Assembly: GCF_006345805.1 (NCBI RefSeq)
Contig: NW_021826259.1
Coordinates: 1-35,643, forward strand
Length of the DNA stretch: 35,643 nt
Reading direction: 5' to 3'
Source: Octopus sinensis
Taxonomy: Eukaryota
Of this stretch, positions 11,368 to 24,469 are shown in pieces. Under the pieces are notes generated by a model that saw nothing but the letters and a program-made list of their open reading frames with translations, did not search any database and was not told the DNA's origin. The translations under genes and the position numbers were made by a program. Every line of letters starts with the position of its first letter. Positions within the stretch are counted from its first letter, which is position 1.

Positions 11368-12645
11368 GGACCCTAAGGATTGTTTGGAGTCTTGTTTCTC
11401 TTTTTATTCCCCCTCACCCCTCTCTCTCTCTTTCACCCTCTTCTGTCTCCCCCTCATCCCTCTCACATCCACTCACACACTGATTCAGAAATGGATTTTT
11501 TTTTTCTTATTTAACTTAAATCTGCTGAAAATGATAGGTGGGGTGGTGGTAGTGAAGGGTGGGTGGGTTCGATTTAATGAGAGGAGGAGGGATGGAGAAA
11601 ATCCCAGCATGGCCAGTACTCTCGATGGAGTTGAAGCAACTAAAGAACTGACTCCCTAACACACCCACCCCTCTTATGTAATTTCTAGAAATCAAGACTG
11701 TCAGATAAATTGGAAGGTCATGAGTTCAAATTCTCTCTGCTGTTGTTTTTCTGGGCTCAGAATTCTATCATCTCTTAACAACCCCTTTCTTTGACCGCAG
11801 GTTTAGGTCCACATATCAGCCTATAACAATCAAATGTCCTTCTAAATTTTCTTGGTCCAATCCATGGATGTTAAATGATGATGATGATGAGAATGTCCAA
11901 ACCTGGGTTCCAATGATGTTGATCTCAACATTCTTCCGGTGCCATGCAGTGTGTGAAGGCTCTGCTTTAGAATCAGCTGAAGGGGTTTATCCCCCTTCTT
12001 GCTCCTTAGTCAATAGGAACTGGGAGTGGTTAAGAGGAAAACCTTCAGCTGTTGCCTCAGTCTACTTGGCTGACGGAGGATAGCTTAGCAACCTGTGCTT
12101 GTGGTGTGTGAAGGGATTTATTTCCTCATCAAAGACCCAGACAAAATGAACAACATTGAGACACTGGCTGGAGAGTCCTTGCTAGACCATCCCTGTTGGT
12201 CCGTCGCTGGAAGGGTAGTAGTGTTGGGTGGTTGGGAGTGGGGTCACTGCACATTTTGTGGGTTGTGTGGCTTATGCCATAGTCCACCCAGCTGCCAGTA
12301 GGCACCATGGCTATAGGAAAGGCACAGATCTGCAATTATGTTAGCACACCGATTTTGCTTCAGCTGTTTCCCCTGGGGGAGGCATCTTGGCCCCAGTACT
12401 CTGTCCTTATCAAGACAGTTGAACCCTCGTATTTCTCCTTCCCACCCACCCCATCCCAGCTTAAACATCGGGAAACTGGTTCAGGAAGGTTGTAATCTTA
12501 ACATGGTAGACATCAGAAAGCTTGATGGGGTGGGTGGTAGCAGAGCAGCCTGTGACTCCGTGGTTTTGAGTTCCGATTTCACGAGAAAGGAAAGAAAAAC
12601 CAGTGTGTCCTTCGGTGAAGTGGAGGCCTTGCTGTATGTTTCATC

Positions 12646-12783
12646 TCTTGTCTAATTGTGGGTCTACCACTTAAGCACCTCCTCCCCTCTTGTCTAATTG
12701 TGGGTCTACCACTTAAGCACCTCCTCCTTCTTCCCTCTTGTCTACTTGTGGTACTACCATTTAAGCATCTCCCTCTCCTCCCC
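12646..12783. repeat. three copies of a 42-48-bp unit
   Basis: TCTTGTCTAATTGTGGGTCTACCACTTAAGCACCTCCTCCCC starts at 12646, 12688 and 12736. Confidence 0.9.
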
Positions 12784-13341
12784 TTCATATAACATATCCA
12801 GTTTTGTGGTGGGAGGGGTGGACCGTGGTCTCTTTTCACTTCATCCATCCACTTATCCACACACACACACACGTGCACATCGTCACACACTTCACAGCCT
12901 TATGCACACTTTCACTCACATAGTCCTGTGGAGGCATTGTCTCATATATACACACACACACACACCAACGCAGCCCTGAACACACACACACACATTGTTG
13001 TGTGTGCGTGTGTATGTATGCATACACATGTATATAGCGTGTTGTGGTAGGTGGTTGGTGTGGTGCAGCAAAATGTTTAAGAAAGAAGTAAAAGCAAGAG
13101 ACGGGATCCGGTTTCAATTCTTAACAGGAACGACATTCACTTTTCTCGTTTTTGGAGAAATTGTAAAGAGAATGGTAAAAAAAAAAAAAAGAAAAAAAAA
13201 GAGAATCAGTAACATCTGAGGTGGGTGGTTGCAGGTGTGGCCTGCACGTGTGTGTATGTGTGTGCGTAGAGAGGGAGAGAGAAACGAAGAGGAGGAGGAG
13301 GCAGATGAGGTGTCTGCGGATCAAAGAACTATTAAGATTGC

Positions 13342-13347
13342 AATAAA
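13342..13347 (+). promoter_or_regulatory. candidate polyadenylation signal for NAA25 (second AATAAA at 13472-13477)
   Basis: first AATAAA I found on + after the NAA25 stop; usage is inferred. Confidence 0.4.
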
Positions 13348-13594
13348 TGGCGTCTGTGTGTCTCTCGTGTGAAATAGAACAAAGCAGAATGAATTAGGGA
13401 GGGAGGGAGGGGGGAGCAAAGGAGAAGATCTTTAATTACATAAGTTAACGAGTTTGGAGGAATGTTTTAATAATAAAAATTTTAAAAAAGACTCAAAACA
13501 CTAAAAAAAAATTCCATAATATATCAGAAAATGTTTCTGTCTGTTTATATAATTGATTTGCAGAAAGAATGTGGTTGGTTTATATATATATAAA

Positions 13595-13626
<32 letters not shown>

Positions 13627-13704
13627 TCCTTCTGTGCCTCACCTACAGAGGGGGTGGGTATAAAAAAGGAGTAACCTGCACAAGTGCATTGTTGGTCAGT
13701 GATG

Positions 13705-13710
13705 TTTATT
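13705..13710 (-). promoter_or_regulatory. polyadenylation signal of the SRM-like gene
   Basis: AATAAA on - about 100 nt after the TGA, followed by a U-rich stretch. Confidence 0.65.
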
Positions 13711-13811
13711 GCAGTTGAAATATTACAGAGCTACATGGCTTACAATTACATTGGTCTATGGCTAAATTAATATTGCTACATGTTGGTTTATAGTGCTACA
13801 TGACCGTCATT

Positions 13812-13826
13812 TCACAGTCCAAGTCT
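13812..13826 (-). CDS. SRM: spermidine synthase-like exon 8 (terminal, RLGL*)
   Basis: strong acceptor ctttctttgtttcttctctatttcag|AGA CTT GGA CTG TGA; phase 0 matches exon 7; downstream AATAAA; human SRM also ends with a tiny coding exon (recalled). Confidence 0.78.
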   Translation of the reverse strand, partial: RLGL

Positions 13827-14029
13827 CTGAAATAGAGAAGAAACAAAGAAAGGTGAGGTTGTTTCATCAACATATATTTTATATCTCGCATCATGCATGT
13901 GTGTATATTTATTATTTACATTAATTTATATACATTCATGTATTTATACACATTTATATATATATATATACACACACACACATACATAGATGTATAACAC
14001 ATTTACATATACATGCCTATGTATATGTA

Positions 14030-15282
14030 CGAGGGACGTTCAATAAGTAATGTCCCTGACCCACTTGCAGTTGTTTGATCTAGCTGAAATTTTGCATGTG
14101 CAATTATTTATATTTCTATAGAATAAGTGGCAAATTACAGCTCTGAACTAATTGTGGTTTCTGATTTACAGGTTTTTGAACTGAGTCAAGTGTGAAATGG
14201 AGCCTGTTGAGTGTCGAGCAGTGATCCGGTTTTTGTATTTGAAAGGACGCACACCACGGGAGACTTTTGATGAAATGAAAGTAACTTATGGTGATGATGC
14301 CCCATCATATAACCTTGTAAAACGCTGGCATCGTGAATTCAAACATGGTCGGAACTCTGTGGAAACAGCTCCCAGATCTGGTCGCCCCCCTTCTGCCATT
14401 GATGAGGTATCTGTCCGTCAAGTTGAGGCTGCCATTTTGGAAGATTGACGCATAACTATTCACCAAATAGCCCATGAGGTCAAGATTAGTACCGGGTCTG
14501 TGGAAACTATCATTCATGGCCATTTGCATATGCAAAAGGTGTCTGCCAGATGGATTCCCAGGTTGCTCACGCCTTTCCAGAAGCAAGAACGCGTCGAGTG
14601 CTCGAGGATGAATTTGGAGATGTGCCAAGAAGATGAGTCAAAATTTTTCAAAGGACTGATTACACAGGATGAAACCTGGGTCCATCACTATGATCCAGAG
14701 ACCAAAGCCCAGTCAATGCAGTGGAAGCACCGTGACTCACCTCCTCCAAGGTCATACTCACAGTCTTCTGGGACCAGGACGGAGTAGTGATGACAGATTC
14801 CTGCCAAAGGGTACCACAATTACAGGAGCCTATCATGCTTCACTTTTGAGGAAATTAAGAGAGGCTATCAAAATCAGGAGGCGGGGCAAGATCAGCAAAG
14901 GCATCATCCTCCTGCAGGACAATGCTCCGGTCCACAACTTGCGTCAACAGATCAGAAGCACAGGCGTGCAGCTATGAACTCCTCCCCCATCCCCCCTACT
15001 CCTGACCTTGCACCTTCTGATTTTAACCTCTTCCCAGCCATGAAGTTTTTGAAAGGAAAGTGTTTCCCACATGATGCAGCCTTGGTTTCTGAAGTCACGT
15101 CATGGTTGGAGCACCAAGCTGGGGTCTTCAACAAAAACGGTCTCAAGCTGCATCAAACGATGGGGAAAAATGCGTAACTCTAGGTGGTTCCTATGTACAA
15201 AAAGACTAATAACTGTCCCAAGTTTTGTTGCTCTGCTGCTATGGGAACTGGGTCAGGGGCATTACTTATTGAACGCCCCTCA
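14030..15282 (+). mobile_element. near full-length decayed mariner transposon (irritans/Hsmar2-like), 1253 bp
   Basis: 33-bp TIRs (14030-14062 and 15250-15282, 3 mismatches), TA on both flanks; transposase from 14197 with HTH, WIPRLL, DETW, QDNAP and PDLAPSDF motifs, broken by a stop, deletions and frameshifts; subfamily call tentative. Confidence 0.92.
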
Positions 15283-15445
15283 TACATACATACATACATA
15301 TATGTACATAAATACATACATATACATACATCAATATACATATATGTACATACGAAATATATATATATACATACATACGCATATATTTATACATACATGC
15401 ATACATATATACATACATGCATACATACATATATATACACATACA

Positions 15446-15477
<32 letters not shown>

Positions 15478-16815
15478 CATACACATACGTACATATACAT
15501 ACATGCACATACATGCATACACACATATACACAGATACATACATGTATATACACACATACACATACAAACACACACATGCATACACACACATACATATAC
15601 ATACACACGCACATACACACACATATATACATACACATACATACACACACACATACATATATACGTATATACATGTACATACACACACACATACACATAC
15701 GTACATACACACACACATATATACATACGCATATATACACATACACACATACATATACACACACACATACATATACATACATACACGTACATACACACAC
15801 ACATACATATACACACATGCATATACACACACATGCATACACACAACACGCATATACACGCACATACATACACACATACATACATATACACATACACATG
15901 TATGTATATATATGTGTGTATGTATGTATGTATATGTGTGTGTATATATATATGTGTGCGTGTTTGTATGTGTATATACACACAAATATATATATATACA
16001 TACATACACACACATACACACACACACATATACATACACGTACATACACACACACATACTTACACACACAATACATACAAACACACACATATATACATAC
16101 ACACACACATTCACACACATACATACATATATACAATTACATAATAGTGTGTGTATATGTATGTTTGTGTGTATGTATATGTATCTATATATATATATAT
16201 GTCTGTGTGTGTATGTACGTGTGTGTATGTACATGTATATGTACACATGTATATGTATGTATATATATGTGTGTGTATGTATATATATTGTATGTGTATA
16301 TACACATAAATATATATATACATACATACACGTTCATACACATACATACACACACCCACACACACACATATACATACATACAAGTACATACACAAACATA
16401 TATATACACATACATACACACATACACACACCACATACATGCATACACATACACACATATACACATGTATATGTATGTATATATATGTGTGTGTGTGTAT
16501 GTATGTGTGTATATGTATGTTTGTGTGCATGTGTGTGTGTGTATGTACGTGTATATGTACACATTTATATGTATGTGTATTATATACACATAAATATATA
16601 TATACATACACGTACATACACACACACATACATACACACGTCAATATACATACATACACAACACACATACATATACATACATACACACCACACATACATA
16701 TACATACATACACATATATACATATACATACACATACATACACACACACATACATACACACACATACGTACATACACACACATATATACGTACGTACACA
16801 CACATATATACGTAC

Positions 16816-16848
<33 letters not shown>

Positions 16849-17700
16849 CATATACACACACAAATACATATACATACACAAACATATACGTACATACACA
16901 CACATATATACGTACATACACACATATATATATACGTACATACACGTACATACATACACACACATACATACACATACACACACACATACATACATACACA
17001 TATACATACACACACATATATATACATACACACACACATATATATATACATACACACACATATACATACACATATACACACACACGTACATACACACATA
17101 TACATACACATGTATATGTATGTATGTATATATATGTGTGTGTGTATGTATATGTATGTATATATATGTGTGTGTATGTATATATATTTGTATGTGTATA
17201 TACACATAAATATATATATACATACATACACGTTCATACACATACATACACACACACACACACACACATATACATACATATATACACATACAGATACACA
17301 CATATATATATACACACATACATATAATACATACATACAAGTACATACACAAACACATACATACACACATACACACACACACATACATGCATACACATAC
17401 ACACATATACACATGTATATGTATTATATATATGTGTGTGTGTGTATGTATGTGTGTATATGTATGTTTGTGTGCATGTGTTGTGTGTGTGTGTGTGTAT
17501 GTACGTGTATATGTACACATTTATATGTATGTGTGCGTGTATGTATGTGTATATATACACATAAATATATATATACATACACTACATACACACACCACAT
17601 ACATACACACACACACATACATATACATACATACACACATATATACATATACATACACATACATACACACATACGTACATACACACACATATATACGTAC

Positions 17701-17731
<31 letters not shown>

Positions 17732-18571
17732 CATATACACATACATATACATACACACACATATACGTACATACACACATATATATATACGTACATACAC
17801 GTACATACATACACACACATACACACACATACATACATACACACACACACGCATACAAACATAAACACATACAAACACATACATACACACACACACATAC
17901 ATATACATACATACACATATATACATATACATACACATACATACACACACACATACATACACACACATACGTACATACACTCACATACGTACATACACAC
18001 ACATATATACGTACATACACACATACATATATATATATATATACATATACACACACAAATACATATACATACACACATATACGTACATACACACACATAT
18101 ATACGTACATACACACATATATATATACGTACATACACGTACATACATACACACACACATACATATACATACACACACATATATATACATACACACACAC
18201 ATATATACATACACACACACATATATATATATACATACATACACATATACACACACACGTACATACACACATATACACACGTACATACACATGTATATGT
18301 ATGTATGTATATATATTGTGTGTGTGTATGTACGTGTATATGTACACATGTATATGTATGTATATATATGTGTGTGTATGTATATGTTGTGTTTGTATGT
18401 GTATATACACACATACATGTACATATACACACACACACATACACACACATACATATACATACACACATACACATACATATACATACACACACACACGCAT
18501 ACAAACAAACACATACATACACATATACACATACATACATACATGCACACATACATATACACACATACATA
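15283..18571. repeat. 3.3-kb compound (CA/TA/TG)n array with higher-order structure
   Basis: almost pure alternating purine-pyrimidine; source of the long H/T/Y/I and C/V/M pseudo-ORFs. Confidence 0.97.
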
Positions 18572-18852
18572 CCATATCAGGATACCACATCGCATATGTA
18601 TGATGACGTGCATTTAAATATATATGTATAAACACAGACACATTTGAAAGAGATAAGAAAAACATACGCACAGATATATATATATATATATATAATATAT
18701 ATATATATAATATATATAAGAGTTAATGGTGTCATTGAGACCCAAAGGTGTCAGGTAATGCTGAATAAGTGCTTTAGGCAGACCATAGTTAAATTCCAGA
18801 TTTGGTAATTTTGCGAATAAGGGGTTCAACGTTGGTTATATGTCAGCGTGTG

Positions 18853-18972
18853 TATATAAGAATTTTTTGCGTAATGAGATAAAAAACCAAGGCTGTGTAG
18901 ATAGATCTCTAAATGTTCTAATATCTACACAGCCTTGGTTTTTTATCTTATCACGCAAAAAATTCTTATATA
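18853..18972. repeat. fold-back hairpin, 51-bp arms, 18-nt loop
   Basis: arms 18853-18903 and 18922-18972, 2 mismatches. Confidence 0.92.
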
Positions 18973-19242
18973 TATATATATACATACATACATACACAGC
19001 TAGATGCTCCTCCTGCAGTGTAAAGTAATTGATGATAGGGTGGGCATCCAGCCATAGAAAAGAAACCATATATGAACGAGGGGCAGTCCTCTGACTCTCT
19101 AAGAAAGCAGTAACGTGAACAGAAAAAAAAAAACCTCTTTGACTGGGTTGTGCTGCGTTACCGATGCCAGACATAAAAGGAATGCTATGAATGGGAATTT
19201 ATTATGTTTACAGAATTTAAGAGAAAGGAGAAAGCCACTTAC

Positions 19243-19365
19243 ATGTTTGGAGAACTGTGGAAGACAGAATGCTGACTTGTGGATCTCGGAATTATAATAT
19301 TTCATGCCAAACACCTCCAGGTCTTTGTCACTGAGAAACCGGACTGGTTCACTAAATTTTGTCTC
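19243..19365 (-). CDS. SRM: spermidine synthase-like exon 7, 123 nt
   Basis: ttgcag and CAT|gtaagt sites; ETKFSEPV...MKYYNSEIHKSAFCLPQFSKH (family motif KYYNxxxHxAAFxLP). Confidence 0.95.
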
Positions 19366-20053
19366 CTGCAACAGAACAAGGAACCAAAAAATCATTTTGT
19401 CAGTTCTTAGAAATATAAGTCTCTTGGCAGAAAGTCTCCAATATTTGGTTTTGGTCAGTCTTTGGGGAGGAATCATTGTAATATCAACTTTTAGGAACTC
19501 TTGTCATTTGAAAGACTTATGAGAAGAAAATGGCATTATTAGCAGTCTGGACCAATTCTAAAAGTTCTGCTTAAACCTGCCGTATCGCCCTAATATTCCA
19601 TTTGGTTTATATTCAAACTGGCCAGATCAGGCCTCTCACACCTACCCTACAATGTCGTCCTAAAAATAAACAATCACCTTATTAAGTCTCAAAGCCATGA
19701 GGTAATGCATGTTCCATTCAAAACCCTGGGAATAAATAAGATTTAACCTGAAGGCAAAAGGGTTTCAATGACAACTTTGCTGCACATCACAAGTTGTCGC
19801 AATATTATTTGCACATATGCAGTAATAAAGTGCAGTAGTGTGTTGCACATTTATTGGTGCTTCAGTAATTGACATGCATTCTTTTAGATGTTTTTTTTAT
19901 TGGCTTCAGGTTTTGGACTGTGGCCATGCTGGGGCACTCATTATGCCAGCTGAGTGGAATGGAGCAACATGAAATGTTAAGTTAATTTTTTGGCTCAAAA
20001 AGCAAAAAGCAAGGCCATGTAGGGGGACATGGAGTTATGTACAGGGATGGTGT

Positions 20054-20172
20054 TCATGCAAAGAGTTCAGGCCATTTCTGGTCAAGAGAGACTTTGAACC
20101 AGGCGGTCGTCAGCATCTTCACTATTTCGTCCGGCAGCTTATTCCATGGATCTGCAACCTGGACGGAGAAAG
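20054..20172 (-). mobile_element. CR1/L2-type LINE ORF2 C-terminal fragment
   Basis: RAFSVQVADPWNKLPDEIVKMLTTAWFKVSLDQKW resembles the CR1 terminal motif F(S)xRVxxxWNxLPxxVV....FKxxLD. Confidence 0.7.
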
Positions 20173-20731
20173 CCCTTGCTCGAGGACACAACGTCCCACT
20201 GGGAATCGAACTCATGATCGTAAGGTCGTGAGCCAAATACCCTAACCATTAAGCCACGTGCCTTCACACACACACAGACATGTATGCATATACACATGCA
20301 GTTCCAAAGCCTGTGGCCTCAAGTTCAGTCCCACTGTGCAACAACTTAAGTGGAAGGAAACTGAAAGAAGCCCATCATACATATGTTTGTGTGTAGCCTT
20401 GTCTTAACATCACATGACGGTTGTAAATGAGCATCATCATCATCATACAAGTAAGTCTTCTGTGAAAAAACATGTTTGGCCCTGGGGTGTGGGGGAATAT
20501 TACGTTGGGTGGAAACAGGTGAGGGTTGACAACAGGAAAGGCCTTTCGCCATAAAAAATCTGGACCCATGCAAACATAGAAAAGTGGACGTCAAACTGAT
20601 GATTATATCTTCATCATCATCATCATCATCATCATCTTGTAAACAGCATCAACTCATCAGGAAACAAACAAGAGGCTTTAACAAACTAAAATCCAATAAA
20701 AACCAAGAAAAAAATGGACAAAAAACCGTAC

Positions 20732-20877
20732 CTGGTTCTTGCTGCAGAGAATGAAACCAATTTGTCCCCCTAAATAGGTTGGCATTGGGGCATAAGCATA
20801 GGCGACCCTTGGGAAGAGTTCCTTGGCAAATGTTATGATGTCTTTCAGCAGGAGATGATCAAACCACTGACTCTCAC
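20732..20877 (-). CDS. SRM: spermidine synthase-like exon 6, 146 nt
   Basis: attacag and CAG|gtacgg sites; GESQWFDH...VAYAYAPMPTYLGGQIGFILCSKNQ. Confidence 0.95.
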
Positions 20878-21190
20878 CTGTAATAGAGATAAGAAGTGAT
20901 TACAGGTGTGTCACAGAACATACCTGAGGTTAGAAGTCACATACCCACTCACACATTGTCATCATCATCATCATCATCACTCCCATTGCTTTGACAGTTC
21001 CCTTTTTCTATGCAAGAATGAATCAAACAAGACTCCTTTTCAAGACATGAGATGCCTGAATCCAAAAACTAAGACAAAACAAACAACACTTTTGTTGCTG
21101 TTAAGAGAAAAGTACTCTAGCTCACACTTTACTTTCAAATACAAAAAATAACATTTTACATTTTCAAAGAACTGAGATATAAAAAAAAAG

Positions 21191-21545
21191 CCATGTTCCG
21201 GGTTCAGTCCCACTGCGTGGCATCTTGGGCAGGTGTCTTCTGCTATAGCCCCGGGCCGACCAAAGCCTTGTGAGTGGATTTGGTAGACGGAAACTGAAAG
21301 AAGCCTGTCGTATATATGTATATATATATGTATGTTTGTGTGTCTGTGTTTGTCCCCCTAGCATTGCTTGACAACTGATGATGGTGTGTTTACGTCCCCG
21401 TCACTTAGCGGTTCGGCAAAAGAGACTGATAGAATAAGTACTGGGCTTACAAAGAATAAGTTCCAGGGTCGATTTGCTCGACTAAAGGCGGTGCTCCAGC
21501 ATGGCCGCAGTCAAATGACTGATACAAGTAAAAGAGTAAAGAGAG
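21191..21545 (+). mobile_element. SINE family A, 5'-truncated
   Basis: near-identical to the B-box-onward part of 3803-4228. Confidence 0.85.
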
Positions 21546-22088
21546 TCTGATTAAAAATACAGGAAGATGAAAGCTTTACAGAGGTGCAAGATGAAAATTC
21601 AGTATTTGAGTAGAACAAGGGAAATGGAGATCTGTTGCCTGGGAAGTCTGTGACCAAGAAAACACAAACTGCTTGGCACCTTGGGCCAATGTTTCCTATT
21701 GTGGCCTCTGGCTGACCAAAGCATTGTGAGTGGATTTGAGAGACAAAAACGAAAAAGGCACCCATCGCGTATATATATGAAGGCAGATGTTAAACGATGA
21801 TATATATATCATTGCTTTTATGCAAAAGTGTTGTAAGTCCAAAACATTGCTTTATCAGAAAATGAAAAAATAGTTTCACCATTCCATAGCAAAACCATTG
21901 CTGATAGCTCTGCAAGACACCGAATTTGAACTGTCTACCTTGACTGTGACTCATGACTCCCTATACTGGTTGACTTTATAGTGGCTGGTTCATACCACTT
22001 GTCCAGTGGGAGGAGGTGTACCATTTCCACTACAACACAAAGGTAGGCATAACTTCTAGAGCGTCATACAACTACGATACACCTTTAA

Positions 22089-22214
22089 CCGTTTAGCATT
22101 CGAAAGGATTCTTAGGATGACATTGCAGGGTAGGTGTAAGAGGCTGGATCTGGCCACTATGACGAAACAGGTGGAATATTAGGGCAGCATATGACCAGTT
22201 TAAATGCTACAGGG
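22089..22214. mobile_element. internally deleted copy of the piggyBac-like element
   Basis: TTAA|CCGTTTAGCATT ... AATGCTACAGGG|TTAC termini. Confidence 0.45.
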
Positions 22215-22383
22215 TTACTTATGTCTCGTGTCAATCATTCATTAACAAAGACATTAATTAGAATACAAGGATAATTGTTATTAGATCCACCAGATGGCAC
22301 CACCAGAAAAATAAGGTTAGGTTTTATTTTAATGAGATATTTTTTTCAAAACTCAAGAAATCTGAATACAAACATCAATGGCC

Positions 22384-22503
22384 ATTTACGGCCATATCAC
22401 TTTGAAAACACCGGTTCTTGTCTAATCACTGAAGTTAAGTAACGTAGAGCCTAGTTAGTACTTAGATGGGTGACCGCTTGGGAAAGCTAGGTGCTGTAAG
22501 CAT
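22384..22503 (+). pseudogene. full-length 5S rRNA copy, probably a pseudogene
   Basis: 120 nt matching metazoan 5S (..TACGGCCATATCAC..GAAAACACCGGTTC..GAAGTTAAG..GTTAGTACTT.GATGGGTGACCGC.TGGGAA...GGTGCTGTAAGC); C>T/G>A changes at usual CpG sites; helix I terminus disrupted; solitary and intronic. Confidence 0.85.
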
Positions 22504-22508
22504 CTTTC

Positions 22509-22857
22509 TAGGCGTAGGAGTGGCTGTGTGTTAAGTAGCTTGCTTATGAACCACATGGTTCCGGGTTCAGTCCCACTTCTACTATAGCCTCAAGCCGACC
22601 AAAACCTTGTGAGTGGATTTGGTAGACGGAAACTGAAAGAAGCCTGTCATATATATACATATATATGTTTTTCCCTTCAACATTGCTTGACAACAATTCT
22701 GATGTGTTTACGTCCCCGTAACTTAGCGGTTCGACAAAAGAGACCGACAGAGTAAGTACTAGGCTTACAAAGAATAAGACCTGGGGTCAATTTGCTCAAC
22801 TGAAGGCAGTGCTCCAGCATGGCCACAGTCAAATGACTGAAACAAGTAAAAGAGTAA
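22509..22857 (+). mobile_element. SINE family A abutting the 5S copy
   Basis: A/B-box head and family tail, with internal deletions. Confidence 0.85.
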
Positions 22858-23553
22858 GGCAAAGAGCAAAGAGAATCATTAGCATGGTGGACTGCTTTGC
22901 AGTATTTCATGTGTCTTTATGTTCTGAGTTCAAATTCTGCTGAAGTCATTAAAATAAGTACCTGCTGAGTACTGAGGTTAATGTAATTAAATTACTCCCT
23001 CCCACTGAACCCTGTGCTAAAAATTTGAAACCAATAGTTTGTAAAAAGGGGAAGGTCCCATGTTTGTAGAGATGGGGCTTCAGCTGACTATGTCCAAATA
23101 CGGGCAACAAACAGTAGAGAAACTGGGATTTGAAAGCTAAGATTGATCAGAGCAATTAACAGGACTTTGGACTGTTGCAGTAAAAAGCACCCACTACACT
23201 CACGGAGTGGTTGGCGTTAGGAAGGGCATCCAGCCGTAGAAACACTGCCAGATCAGATTGGAGTCTGGTGCAGCCTTCTGGCTTCCCAGACCCCAGTTGA
23301 ACCGTCCAAACCATGCTAGCATGGAAAGCGGACGTTAAACGATGATAATGATGATGATGAAAGATGAAATGTTGAACCCCCAGGATTCGTGGTGGAGTTT
23401 GATGAACTACCGCCAGTAGTTGTTGAACTGGGCAGAATAGAGCCATATACAAGGATTGGAAAAAGAGAGTAAATGGTGTTTTAAAAAAAGAAAACAAAAT
23501 GATGCTAATAGGGAAAAAAACATGGAATAAAATTATAAACATAATTATAAACA

Positions 23554-24130
23554 TAGGCGCAGGAGTGGCTGTGTGGTAAGTAGCTTGTCTACCAACCACA
23601 TGGTTCCGGGTTCAGTCCCACTGTGTGGCATCTTGGGCAAGTGTCTTCTACTATAGCCTCAGGCCAACCAAAGCCTTGTGAGTGGATTTGGTAGACGGAA
23701 ACTGAAAGAAGCCTGTTGTATATATGTTTGTGTGTCTGTGTTTGTCCCCCTAGCATTGCTTGACAACCGATGCTGGTGTGCTTATGTCCCCGTCACTTAG
23801 CGGTTCGGCAAAAGAGACCGATAGAATAAGTACTGGGCTTACAAAAGAATAAGTCCGGGGTCGAGTTGCTCGATTAAAGGCGGTGCTCCAGCATGGCCGC
23901 AGTCAAATGACTGAAATGAGTAAAAGAGTAAGTGTATATCCTGTTGTTAGATGACGTATGCGGGTTCGACAACTTCGTAACTTAGCGGTTCGGCAAGAGA
24001 GACCGATAGAATAAGTACTGGGCTTACAAAAGAATAAGTCCCGGGGTCGAGTTGCTCGACTAAAGGCGGTGCTCCAGCATGGCCACAGTCAAATGACTGA
24101 AACAAGTAAAAGAAAAGAAAGAAAGAAATA
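23554..24130 (+). mobile_element. SINE family A (23554-23931) plus a tandem 3' partial copy (~23976-24130)
   Basis: direct similarity to 3803-4228; tail sequence duplicated. Confidence 0.85.
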
Positions 24131-24385
24131 AAGTGAGAACATTCAAATGGTCCTGGATGTGAGTGGGGCACAGGCAGCCCCGATTTTTTTTTGTACATTT
24201 TACCATTTTTCATTTGTTTTATGTTTTTGTCCCCCACTGTGATGTTCTGTCTTTGAGCTGTCCCCTCTGTGTTATGGCCAAAGTGCCAAATAAAGAAATC
24301 ACAATATGAATCTCAACACAACCCCACCGCCACTGCCACACTACACCAGCCCTTCCTACCATGCCATCCCAGCATCACTTCTTAC

Positions 24386-24469
24386 CTTGAGAACATAGAA
24401 TTCCTCCTGGATTCAAGACTTTGTGAATGTTTTCATAGAATTTTCTGGAATAAAGACCAAGCCCTGGAC
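24386..24469 (-). CDS. SRM: spermidine synthase-like exon 5, 84 nt
   Basis: tttcag and G|gtaag sites; GPGLGLYSRKFYENIHKVLNPGGILCSQ. Confidence 0.93.

Noticed and set aside
12338-12655. 105-aa ORF with an RVxF-like 'KTSVSFGEV' motif
   Set aside because: No splice context or family match; a short motif is expected by chance in probable UTR
15071-18671. Many 200-636 aa ORFs rich in H/T/Y/I or C/V/M
   Set aside because: Translations of stop-free (CA/TA/TG)n repeats, open in several frames on both strands; not genes
22384-22503. Functional 5S rRNA gene
   Set aside because: Solitary, CpG-decayed, helix I terminus mismatched, no proper oligo-T terminator; called as pseudogene
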